A stretch of DNA of 64,000 nt from Clostridia bacterium (lineage in GTDB: Bacteria > Bacillota > Clostridia > Christensenellales > CAAEEZ01), in NCBI GenBank assembly GCA_900755035.1, contig CAAEEZ010000017.1, positions 260,887 through 324,886 of the forward strand, in the 5' to 3' direction. The position numbers were made by a program, and so were the translations under genes. Below the pieces are notes generated by a model. That model did no database searches. It was not told where the DNA came from and saw nothing but the letters and a program-made list of their open reading frames with translations. Shown one piece after another: positions 51,292 through 59,867 of this stretch (within the stretch, counting starts at the first letter, position 1; every line of letters starts with the position of its first letter).

Positions 51292-52497
51292 ATGTTAAAC
51301 GTATTTCAAAAAGCATGGTGCAGAACCTATCAAGGCGTATTCAAAATTTTAATCCCGATGCTTCCTTACAGAAAACCGGAACTTATCGAGGGCGTAGACA
51401 GTGTAAAAAAATTACCTGCCAAAATTAAAGAACTTGGATACGACAGCGTACTAATCGTAACCGATAGCGTACTTATGTCGCTAGGACTTGTAGACGGCTT
51501 AATCGAAGGATTAAAGGCTGAAAACATAAAAGTAAGCCTATTTGACAAAACCGTTCCTAACCCAACTATCGACAATATCGAAGAAGCGCTTGGTATGTAC
51601 AACGAAAACGGTTGCCAAGCAATTATCGCATTTGGTGGTGGTTCTCCTATGGACTGCGCAAAAGGCGTTGGCGCAAGAGTTGCAAGACCAAACAAGCAAA
51701 TCCCTCAAATGAAAGGATTACTAAAAGTTTTGAAAAAAACTCCTACTTTGTTTGCAATACCTACCACTTCCGGTACGGGTAGCGAAACTACGCTTGCTGC
51801 TGTCGTTACTAATAGCGAAACTCACGAAAAGTATCCTATCAACGACTTCGTACTTATCCCACACTACGCAGTGCTTGACCCTACGCTAACTATGGGCTTA
51901 CCAAAACATATCACTTCTACGACGGGTATGGACGCTTTAACCCACGCAGTAGAAGCATATATCGGCAACAGCACCACGAAAGAGACCAGAGAAATGGCAA
52001 GAAAAGCAACTAAACTTATCTTTGAAAACCTAACCAAAGCATACGACGATGGAAAGGACCTAGAAGCAAGAGATAATATGCAACACGCAAGTTTCTACGC
52101 TGGCGTAGCATTTACCGTATCTTACGTTGGTTACGTTCACGCAATCGCACACACGCTAGGTGGTTTCTATCACGTGCCACACGGACTTGCTAACTCTATC
52201 ATCTTGCCTTACGTTTTGGATTACTACGGCGAATCTGCTTATAAAAAACTTGCTGAACTTGCCGACGTAGTAGGTATCAACGGTGGTAGCGAAGAGGAAA
52301 AGGCAAAGAAATTTATCCAAGCAATTAGAGATATGAACAAATATATGAACATTCCTGAAAAAGTAAGCGGAATTAAGGAAGAAGATATTCCAACAATGGT
52401 TGAAAGAGCGCTTAGCGAAGCAAATCCTTTGTACCCTGTACCAAGACTAATGGGCAAAGAGGAAATGACCGAGATGTTCAAAATTATTGCTGAATAA
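51292..52497 (+). CDS. iron-containing (group III) alcohol dehydrogenase
   Basis: GGGSPMDCAK and the His cluster HAIAHTLGG..HG are present. GGAGG lies 8 nt before ATG 51292. Confidence 0.88.
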   Translation: MLNVFQKAWCRTYQGVFKILIPMLPYRKPELIEGVDSVKKLPAKIKELGYDSVLIVTDSVLMSLGLVDGLIEGLKAENIKVSLFDKTVPNPTIDNIEEALGMYNENGCQAIIAFGGGSPMDCAKGVGARVARPNKQIPQMKGLLKVLKKTPTLFAIPTTSGTGSETTLAAVVTNSETHEKYPINDFVLIPHYAVLDPTLTMGLPKHITSTTGMDALTHAVEAYIGNSTTKETREMARKATKLIFENLTKAYDDGKDLEARDNMQHASFYAGVAFTVSYVGYVHAIAHTLGGFYHVPHGLANSIILPYVLDYYGESAYKKLAELADVVGINGGSEEEKAKKFIQAIRDMNKYMNIPEKVSGIKEEDIPTMVERALSEANPLYPVPRLMGKEEMTEMFKIIAE

Positions 52498-52517
52498 TCA
52501 TTAAATTTATCAATACG

Positions 52518-52549
52518 AAAGCAAACGGATTCGTTCGTTTGCTTTTTTT
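52518..52549 (+). terminator. rho-independent terminator
   Basis: A 10-bp stem aaagcaaacg / cgtttgcttt is followed by T7. Confidence 0.85.
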
Positions 52550-52763
52550 ACGCAAAAATGCCTCCACGGTATATTTTAATGAAAATATTGATATTGCACC
52601 AAATATTCTTAGAACGCAACTGCGTTTAATACTCATAAAACAATTTACTTTAATACTTCGCTACGATATAAAATAGATTTGCTCCCGTTAATAACAAAAT
52701 AACTAAAACGTAAATTTATTGCTATCGCTTTATAAATTGGCGTTAAAATGATATTATATAGAT

Positions 52764-53618
52764 ATGAGAATACTTACTTTTACTGCAAAGATTACAGCAA
52801 GCGTTGAAGAGAACTTGCGATTAGAAGGCTTTTCGTCAGTAATAATAACGGGGCTACGAAAAGAATTGGGGCTGATAAAGCGTGAAAACGGCGAAAATAT
52901 TAGAACGATAGACAAATTAGTGGTAGGCGAAAAATACGTAATTACGCTAATTGACGAGATTAAAAGAGATATTCCACCATACGACTTTCCTATTGATATC
53001 GTATACGAAGACGACGACGTTGTCGTGATAAACAAACCATATTCGCTTGCAGTACTATCTACGAATTTGCACTACGCAAAAAGTTTGGAAAACGTGCTAA
53101 AGACTAAGTGGGGAAACTTCGTTTATAGACCCGTTACACGCCTTGACAAAGATACGTCGGGGCTAATGATTGTAGCAAAAAACTCTTTATCACACAGCCT
53201 ACTTGCTACCCAAAACGTAACAAAAAAATACGTGGCGCTAGTTGAAGGAAAAATGGACGGTGAAGGCACTATAAACGCACCAATTTACAAACCCGAATCA
53301 GGCAGTATGAAACGAATCGTGGACGAAAGAGGCAAACAGGCAATCACATTATACAAAAGTTTGAAAGTTTACGACGAATATTCGCTAGTTGAATTTACGC
53401 TAAAAACGGGACGTACACACCAAATCCGTGTACATTCTGCCTATATAGGACACCCTCTTTGTTGCGATTTTCTTTACAACCCTAATCCAAAAGAGATAAT
53501 CACGCCAAACGGTAAAACTTTAACTAGACAAGCGTTGCACAGCAAATATCTTAAATTTACACACCCTATCACGAAATTAGTTATGGAGTTTTCAGTAAAG
53601 GCTGATTTTGAAAAATAG
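52764..53618 (+). CDS. RluA-family pseudouridine synthase with S4-like N-terminus
   Basis: TRLDKDTSG and GRTHQIR are present. 284 aa. No SD (see leaderless finding). Confidence 0.85.
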   Translation: MRILTFTAKITASVEENLRLEGFSSVIITGLRKELGLIKRENGENIRTIDKLVVGEKYVITLIDEIKRDIPPYDFPIDIVYEDDDVVVINKPYSLAVLSTNLHYAKSLENVLKTKWGNFVYRPVTRLDKDTSGLMIVAKNSLSHSLLATQNVTKKYVALVEGKMDGEGTINAPIYKPESGSMKRIVDERGKQAITLYKSLKVYDEYSLVEFTLKTGRTHQIRVHSAYIGHPLCCDFLYNPNPKEIITPNGKTLTRQALHSKYLKFTHPITKLVMEFSVKADFEK

Positions 53619-53684
53619 AATACTTAATGTGCAAAAATGAGCATATAAACTAGCGATTTAATACAAAAAATAATTTGTGAATTA

Positions 53685-53714
53685 AAAAAGCTCCCTACAA
53701 AATAGGGAGTTTTA
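53685..53714. terminator. bidirectional terminator
   Basis: The stem is ctcccta / tagggag, flanked by A5 and T4. Confidence 0.75.
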
Positions 53715-53724
53715 TTACGCTTTA

Positions 53725-55107
53725 TTACATTTCTTTTCCTTTTATATCTTCCAAAAGATTACGAACGGGTTGTACGCTTTCGTACGCCGGACGAATAATC
53801 TTACTGCTGTTTGTTAGTTCTTCTATTCTATGAGCACTCCAACCTGCAATACGGGCAATAGCGAACATAGGCGTGAACAACTCTTCCGGTAAATCCAACA
53901 TTTGATAAACGAAGCCACTATAAAAATCGATATTAACGCAAACGCCTTTATTGATTTTTTTCTTCTTTTGTATCAGTTTTTTGCCTATTTCCTCTACCGA
54001 TTTATAGAATTCGTATTCTTTATCCAGCCCTTTTTCGTGCGACAACTTTTCTACGTAGCCCTTGAATATCTCTGCCCTTGGGTCTGACAACGAATAAACT
54101 GCGTGTCCCATACCGTAGATAAGTCCGCTTTTATCAAACGCTTCGCCGTCTAATATTTTTTCAAGGTAAGCCTCTAATTCTTGCTTATTCGAAGTATCCT
54201 TTACGTTTTGTTTAATGTCCCTAAACATTTGGCAAACCTTAATGTTTGCGCCACCGTGTTTTGGACCTTTCAACGAGCCGAGAGCCGCAGCGATTGCAGA
54301 ATAGGTATCCGTACCTGACGAACTAACTACCCTAGTGGTAAACGTGCTGTTGTTACCGCCACCGTGTTCAGCGTGAAGAATAAGCGCAACGTCCAAAGTT
54401 TTTGCTTCAAGGTCGGTAAATTTGCCGTTAAAACGAAGCATATACAAGAAGTTTTCAGCAATAGACAAGTCCATTCTAGGCTCACGAATAAAGAACCTGT
54501 GTCCGCCTAGCAAATAGTAACTGTATGCGTGATAGCCGTATACTGCTATTTGTGGGAAACGTGCAATTAACTTTAAGCATTGCTTAATTACGTTCGTTGT
54601 ATCGGTAGAATTTGGATTGTCGTCAAAACTGTAAAGCATAAGTACGCTACGAGATAGATAGTTCATAACGTCTGCGCTTGGCGACTTCATTATAAAGTCC
54701 ACGACGAAACTGCTTGGTAAATACCTATATTTAGACAAAATATCGTTAAATACTTCGTACGCATCTTTATCGGGAAGGTTGCCAAATAGCAACAAATATA
54801 TCACCTTTTCAAAGCCAAACTCGTTTCTGGATTGAAAATAATTGATAAGGTCGTGTATTTCGTAGCCCCTATAATATAGTTTACCATCGATATACACCGT
54901 CTTTCCGTCCACTATTTTCTTAGCGTCAACTTCGGATATTCTAGTTAAGCCTGTTAAAACTCCCTTTCCCGAGTCATCACGCAATCCCCTAAATACGTTA
55001 TATTCCCTATATAACGCTGGAGCGATAGTATTATTCATTACCTTTTCAGTTGCGTAATCTTCTATCTCCTTGGATATGATTACGTTCTCTTCGTCGTATC
55101 TATTCAT
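53725..55107 (-). CDS. citrate synthase
   Basis: LHAEHGGGNNSTF and GMGHAVY catalytic-His contexts are present. 460 aa. Confidence 0.88.
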   Translation of the reverse strand: MNRYDEENVIISKEIEDYATEKVMNNTIAPALYREYNVFRGLRDDSGKGVLTGLTRISEVDAKKIVDGKTVYIDGKLYYRGYEIHDLINYFQSRNEFGFEKVIYLLLFGNLPDKDAYEVFNDILSKYRYLPSSFVVDFIMKSPSADVMNYLSRSVLMLYSFDDNPNSTDTTNVIKQCLKLIARFPQIAVYGYHAYSYYLLGGHRFFIREPRMDLSIAENFLYMLRFNGKFTDLEAKTLDVALILHAEHGGGNNSTFTTRVVSSSGTDTYSAIAAALGSLKGPKHGGANIKVCQMFRDIKQNVKDTSNKQELEAYLEKILDGEAFDKSGLIYGMGHAVYSLSDPRAEIFKGYVEKLSHEKGLDKEYEFYKSVEEIGKKLIQKKKKINKGVCVNIDFYSGFVYQMLDLPEELFTPMFAIARIAGWSAHRIEELTNSSKIIRPAYESVQPVRNLLEDIKGKEM

Positions 55108-55235
55108 TTATTCTCCTAATATCTATAAATTTTAATATGCTTTCGTACATTTGTCAAATAAATTAAAATCAATTAAGCGAATAGGTCCGTCTACAATCAT
55201 TTCAATATATTTTCGGAGTACGTTTCAAATAAATA

Positions 55236-55264
55236 TTGACTTTATATTGGCAAAATTGTATAAT
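55236..55264 (+). promoter_or_regulatory. promoter: TTGACT-17 nt-TATAAT
   Basis: The hexamers lie at 55236-55241 and 55259-55264. AAGGAGA RBS precedes ATG 55304. Confidence 0.55.
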
Positions 55265-55303
55265 AAGTATGAAAAGTAATACTTTTACTGCAAGGAGAAT
55301 AAT

Positions 55304-55504
55304 ATGGAAGACAAGTTTATGGCAAGCGTTAAAATAGGTTCGAAAGGACAAATCGTAATACCAAAGGAAGCAAGAGATATGTTTGGATTTAAGCCCGGCG
55401 ACACGGTGCTTTTACTTGCCGACGCAAACCAAGGAATAGCAATACAACCATTTGAATACGTAGAAAAATTTATTTCAGAAATGAGCAAATTAAAGAGAGG
55501 TTAA
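55304..55504 (+). CDS. AbrB/MazE/SpoVT-family DNA-binding protein
   Basis: It is 66 aa with the swapped-hairpin motif KIGSKGQIVIPKEARDMFGFKPGD. Confidence 0.8.
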   Translation: MEDKFMASVKIGSKGQIVIPKEARDMFGFKPGDTVLLLADANQGIAIQPFEYVEKFISEMSKLKRG

Positions 55505-55505
55505 C

Positions 55506-56318
55506 ATGCTAAAAGTAAAAAATTTATCAAAAAAATACACGAATTTTTGTCTTGACAACATTAGTTTTGACATAGCAAAAGGCGACGTCGTAGGTTTAAT
55601 TGGCAGAAACGGCGCTGGTAAAAGTACTTTGATTAAATCTATTTTGGCTATCAACGACTTTGACGGCGAAATTTTTATTGACGGCAATCCTTCTACTTCA
55701 CCTTTTGCCAAACAACTTTTAGGCTACTCGGCAGGCGAATTTACCTATTATAAACTTCAAAAGTTAAAAAATATAACTAATATCGTAAAAAAATTCTATC
55801 CGACGTGGGACGAAAACGTATATAAAAATTATTTGCAAAAATTCAACCTAGACGAAAATAAAAAAGTAAAAGAATTATCTAGTGGTATGAAAGTAAAATA
55901 CTCTATCTTATTACAACTTGCACACAATCCAAAACTGTTAATTTTGGACGAACCGACAAGTGGACTTGATCCCGTATCAAGAGAAGAAATACTCGATATA
56001 ATTTTGCAAATTAGTAAACGTGGCGTAACCGTGCTTTTTTCTACGCATATTACTAGCGATGTAGAAAAGGTGGCAGATAAAATCATTTTTATAAAAAACG
56101 GCAAAATAGTGTTTTATGAAAGTCAAGACGAATTAAATTACTACTTAATTACCCTAAATTCTATCCAAGAAGCCGATATGGTAGGCACTAGAATATTTGG
56201 GTTAAAAGAAACTAAAAACGGCTATGAAGGACTAATTAGAGAAAATATTGAAGGTTTTAATTTACGTAAGGCAACGCTTGACGAAATAATGGTACACTTG
56301 GAGGTGGGAAATGAATAA
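55506..56318 (+). CDS. ABC ATP-binding protein
   Basis: Walker A is GRNGAGKST, the signature is LSSGMKVK and Walker B is LILDEPTSGLD. Confidence 0.88.
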   Translation: MLKVKNLSKKYTNFCLDNISFDIAKGDVVGLIGRNGAGKSTLIKSILAINDFDGEIFIDGNPSTSPFAKQLLGYSAGEFTYYKLQKLKNITNIVKKFYPTWDENVYKNYLQKFNLDENKKVKELSSGMKVKYSILLQLAHNPKLLILDEPTSGLDPVSREEILDIILQISKRGVTVLFSTHITSDVEKVADKIIFIKNGKIVFYESQDELNYYLITLNSIQEADMVGTRIFGLKETKNGYEGLIRENIEGFNLRKATLDEIMVHLEVGNE

Positions 56319-56970
56319 TCTAACTAATTTATTAAAAAAGGAATTTACCCTTGCAATGCACCCTACTGCAATAATTTTCCCACTATTATCGCTACTCGTT
56401 TTCGTACCAAATTACCCGTACGAAGTTACTTTCTTTTTTACTACCCTATCCATATTTTTTATATCGTTGCAAGGCAGAGAAAACGACGATTTATTCTTTT
56501 CAGCAACACTTCCCGTAAGCAAAGGCGAAATAGTAAGTGCAAGAATATTTACTATCGTTACGTTAGAACTTTTGCAAATGCTGTTACTGACGATATTTAG
56601 CATAATAAAGACGTTTACTATGCCAAGCGCTGTAAACCTAGCTGGTCTTGAAGCAAACGTTGCTTTAATAGCATTCGGTTTTATGATATACGGCACGTTT
56701 AATCTAACGTTTATTACTAGATATTTTAAGTATCCTACGAAAGTCGGCTCTACTTTTATAATATCTACTATTTTCACCTTCGTAATTATCTCTTTAAGCA
56801 TTACGTTATGTTTTGCCTTCCCCGATTACGCAATAAACGTAGACGTAAACGACCTTACGAATACGACGGCAAAATGGATACTAGTTGCCTTAGGGCTAAT
56901 TGTCTACCTAGTTTTTACAATCCTATCGTCCAAAATTGCCGTAAAACGCTTTGAAAAAGTGGATTTGTAA
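56311..56970 (+). CDS. ABC-2-type membrane permease
   Basis: It is 219 aa with 6 TM helices and overlaps the ATPase gene by 8 nt. Confidence 0.7.
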   Translation: MNNLTNLLKKEFTLAMHPTAIIFPLLSLLVFVPNYPYEVTFFFTTLSIFFISLQGRENDDLFFSATLPVSKGEIVSARIFTIVTLELLQMLLLTIFSIIKTFTMPSAVNLAGLEANVALIAFGFMIYGTFNLTFITRYFKYPTKVGSTFIISTIFTFVIISLSITLCFAFPDYAINVDVNDLTNTTAKWILVALGLIVYLVFTILSSKIAVKRFEKVDL

Positions 56971-57000
56971 AACAAAATTTTTAATGTTTTAATATAAAAC

Positions 57001-57025
57001 AAAAGCGTAGAAACCTACGCTTTTT
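57001..57025. terminator. bidirectional terminator
   Basis: The stem is gcgtag / ctacgc with loop aaac, flanked by A4 and T5. Confidence 0.75.
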
Positions 57026-57059
57026 AAATACTATTTTATTTTGCTTTTAATTATACGTT

Positions 57060-58529
57060 TTACTCGTTTGCTTGCTCGCTACAAACTACTTCAACTACGG
57101 GCTCTTTTTCGTCTTTTATTATATCCTGATTAGCCTCGTCGGTATTATTGCTATTTTCTTCTATCATATTTACCTTATCTACGTTCTTCTTATTCTTTTT
57201 AACGTGCGCAAAGTGCAAAATGATAAAGTATACGATGCACATAATAAGAGCAACCAACGCCGATATAGGAATAGGAATACCCATCATATACATATTGGCG
57301 TCTGGTCTTTGGCTGAAATAATAGGATAACGGTATCCTAAACAAGAAGGTAGATACTAGCCCTTGAATCATAACGAAAATGGATTTACCTTTTCCATTGA
57401 AGTAGCCAAGCATACAGAACATAATGGATATGATTAAATATTCGAAACTACTAGTTTTTAGGTAATCAACCGTTTTGGCTATTACTTCGGTTTCTTGCGA
57501 GAATATCCTAACCAAAACGTCCCCACCGAAATACGTGAAGAAAAAGGTAGCAAGCCCGAAAACGAATGAAATACATATACCTTCCACAAGCGCAATATTA
57601 GTCCTTTTATGAAATCCTGCGCCGTCGTTTTGACTAACCACAGTAGCCAGCGTAGACAAAAACGCCATTGGCACGATAGACAATATTACGAACAACTTTT
57701 CGGCTATTCCTACCCCTGCCGCCTCGGCTACACCCATAGCGTTGATAAACGAGTGTATTATCAAAAAAGACATATTCGTTAGCCCGTCTTGAAGGGCAAT
57801 AGGCGTACCTATTTTCACTATGCTTTTGGCAATATTTTTGTCGAATTTGAAATTTTGCTTAGTTATGCCTAGCATTGCTCTCTTCTTTCTCATAACTACT
57901 AGCGAACAAATTACGCTAATAATTTGAGCGATAACGGTAGCAAGCGCAGCACCGACTGCATCCATTTTTAGCCCTGCAACAAACACTAAGTCTAGCACTA
58001 TATTTACAATGCAAGCAATAGCAATAAATACGAGTGGCAAGTTGGAATTGCCCATACCTCTAAATATACCGCTAATTACGTTGTAGGCAATAATAAATAC
58101 CGAGCCGGCCGAACAGATAAGTACGTAGTTTACGCATTGCTCAGTTGCTACGCTAGGTACGTTAAGCCACTTTACGAACAGCGTGGACATACCCATCATT
58201 ACGGCGGTAATCACAACGGCAAACACACCGAACATAACCACTACGTCGAATATTACGTTGCCAATTCTTACGTTTTCCTTAGAGCCTATTAGCCTACCGA
58301 TAATTACCGTGATACCCATAGTAAAGCCCGTAATAATACCCGTTAAAGTTTGCATTACGTGGCTACCCGTTGCAACGGCGGCTTGGCTAGCAGGACTACC
58401 GAACTGACCTACTACGATTAGATCCACAGCGCCGTACAACGCTTGCAAAATAATTGCCATAATAAGTGGCAACGAGAACTTAATCATAGATGGAAATAAT
58501 TTTCCTTTTGTAAAATCAATATTGTTCAT
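57060..58529 (-). CDS. MATE-family efflux transporter with charged C-terminal tail
   Basis: It has 12 TM helices and a MATE-like sequence. The 489-aa protein carries a roughly 45-aa K/E/N-rich tail. Confidence 0.85.
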   Translation of the reverse strand: MNNIDFTKGKLFPSMIKFSLPLIMAIILQALYGAVDLIVVGQFGSPASQAAVATGSHVMQTLTGIITGFTMGITVIIGRLIGSKENVRIGNVIFDVVVMFGVFAVVITAVMMGMSTLFVKWLNVPSVATEQCVNYVLICSAGSVFIIAYNVISGIFRGMGNSNLPLVFIAIACIVNIVLDLVFVAGLKMDAVGAALATVIAQIISVICSLVVMRKKRAMLGITKQNFKFDKNIAKSIVKIGTPIALQDGLTNMSFLIIHSFINAMGVAEAAGVGIAEKLFVILSIVPMAFLSTLATVVSQNDGAGFHKRTNIALVEGICISFVFGLATFFFTYFGGDVLVRIFSQETEVIAKTVDYLKTSSFEYLIISIMFCMLGYFNGKGKSIFVMIQGLVSTFLFRIPLSYYFSQRPDANMYMMGIPIPISALVALIMCIVYFIILHFAHVKKNKKNVDKVNMIEENSNNTDEANQDIIKDEKEPVVEVVCSEQANE

Positions 58530-59325
58530 ATAACTCCATTAAAAAGCCAGATTACCCAAAAGCAATCTGACTACTTTATATTTAGTGTACTACTTTGATT
58601 TTTATAAATCAAATATTTTATAAGAAAAAGTACTATATACGTCGCTAGTTACGTTATAAATTTATTAACGTAAGCGTAAAATTTATATTAAATTACTATA
58701 AAACTATAAATTTAAAAACTAATAAATATGCAATTAAAATGAATATTCTACTTGTAATTTTTTCTTAATCTTAAATAGGCGTTGATAAAACCTATTACTT
58801 TAACGCTATTTTTTTTAAGCAGTCTAAGACGTAAAATTATTAGAAAAAAACCTAACGAAATCAAAGCCGTTTTCTATTTTCATTTTAATTTACATAAAAT
58901 AAAATTATTGCTATTTATTTTGAAAAAAAACCAAAATTGAATTATTTTCACAAGCATTTTAATGCTTACAAGAACAGTATACGCAAATTTTTTTAGAAAA
59001 AATTTATATATAATAAAAAACTATCAAAAATACAAAATTTTTCATATTCTATATGCTTTTTACTAATTAAGTATGATCTTATTCGTTTCTTAAAAAATTT
59101 TTTATTGCTAAAAAAATAATCTTAAATTAAAATTAAAAAAATTTGCAATACCTACTATCTACTACTATCATAGCGTTTTTAATTTTTAACAAATTGAATT
59201 TTATCAAAATTTTAAGATCAATTTTTATGTTTATATTTAATAAATTAGCGTATTTTATGGTTTATAATTTATAAAAATACACCATATTATTTGTATATAA
59301 TTAAGAATATAGTGTAGAGGTTATT

Positions 59326-59661
59326 ATGAACAACTTAAAAGAATTACGACTACAAAAAGGCCTAAGGCAAATAGATATTGCTAAAGATTTTAATATAGCA
59401 AAAAGCACGTATTGTTGCTACGAAAAAGGAATTAACGAACCAGATATTAAAACGCTTATTAAACTAGCCGACTATTTCGATTGCTCTATCGACTATCTTT
59501 TAGGTAGAGAAAACGAGGACGGCACTATTTACATTAGAGGTTACGACCTTTCAAAAGAGGAAACCTTCCTAATCGACTCTATACGCAAAATGGATTCAGT
59601 CGATAAGGAACTTATTTACAAAATCGTAGAAAGGACTAGCAAATCTCAAAATTCGTTATAA
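59326..59661 (+). CDS. XRE-family HTH transcriptional regulator
   Basis: The HTH is LRLQKGLRQIDIAKDFNIAKSTYCCYEKG. 111 aa. TAGAGG RBS. Confidence 0.85.
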   Translation: MNNLKELRLQKGLRQIDIAKDFNIAKSTYCCYEKGINEPDIKTLIKLADYFDCSIDYLLGRENEDGTIYIRGYDLSKEETFLIDSIRKMDSVDKELIYKIVERTSKSQNSL

Positions 59662-59823
59662 TTTAATAAATACGTTATATGAAAGCGCGCTAAATTACGG
59701 CGTGCTTTATTAGTGCGTAAATATAGCGGTTTTAGTTCAAAATTCGCTCATTTTGACCATTTATAGTTTGCACGCGAAATATACTTATCAAAACAAAATT
59801 CAGCCCACAAACGCAATCATCGC

Positions 59824-59852
59824 AAAAAAAGAACGCCCGTTAGGACGTTCTT
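59824..59852 (-). terminator. rho-independent terminator
   Basis: The stem is aagaacg(cc) / (gg)a-cgttctt, followed by T7 on the minus strand. Confidence 0.75.
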
Positions 59853-59867
59853 ATATCATTATTTTAT

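Noticed and set aside
58530-59325. CRISPR array, tandem repeats, or oriC with DnaA boxes in the AT-rich island.
   Set aside because: There are no regularly spaced direct repeats. Only one weak DnaA-box-like 9-mer (ATTTTCACA, 2 mismatches) is present, and no dnaA or dnaN is nearby.
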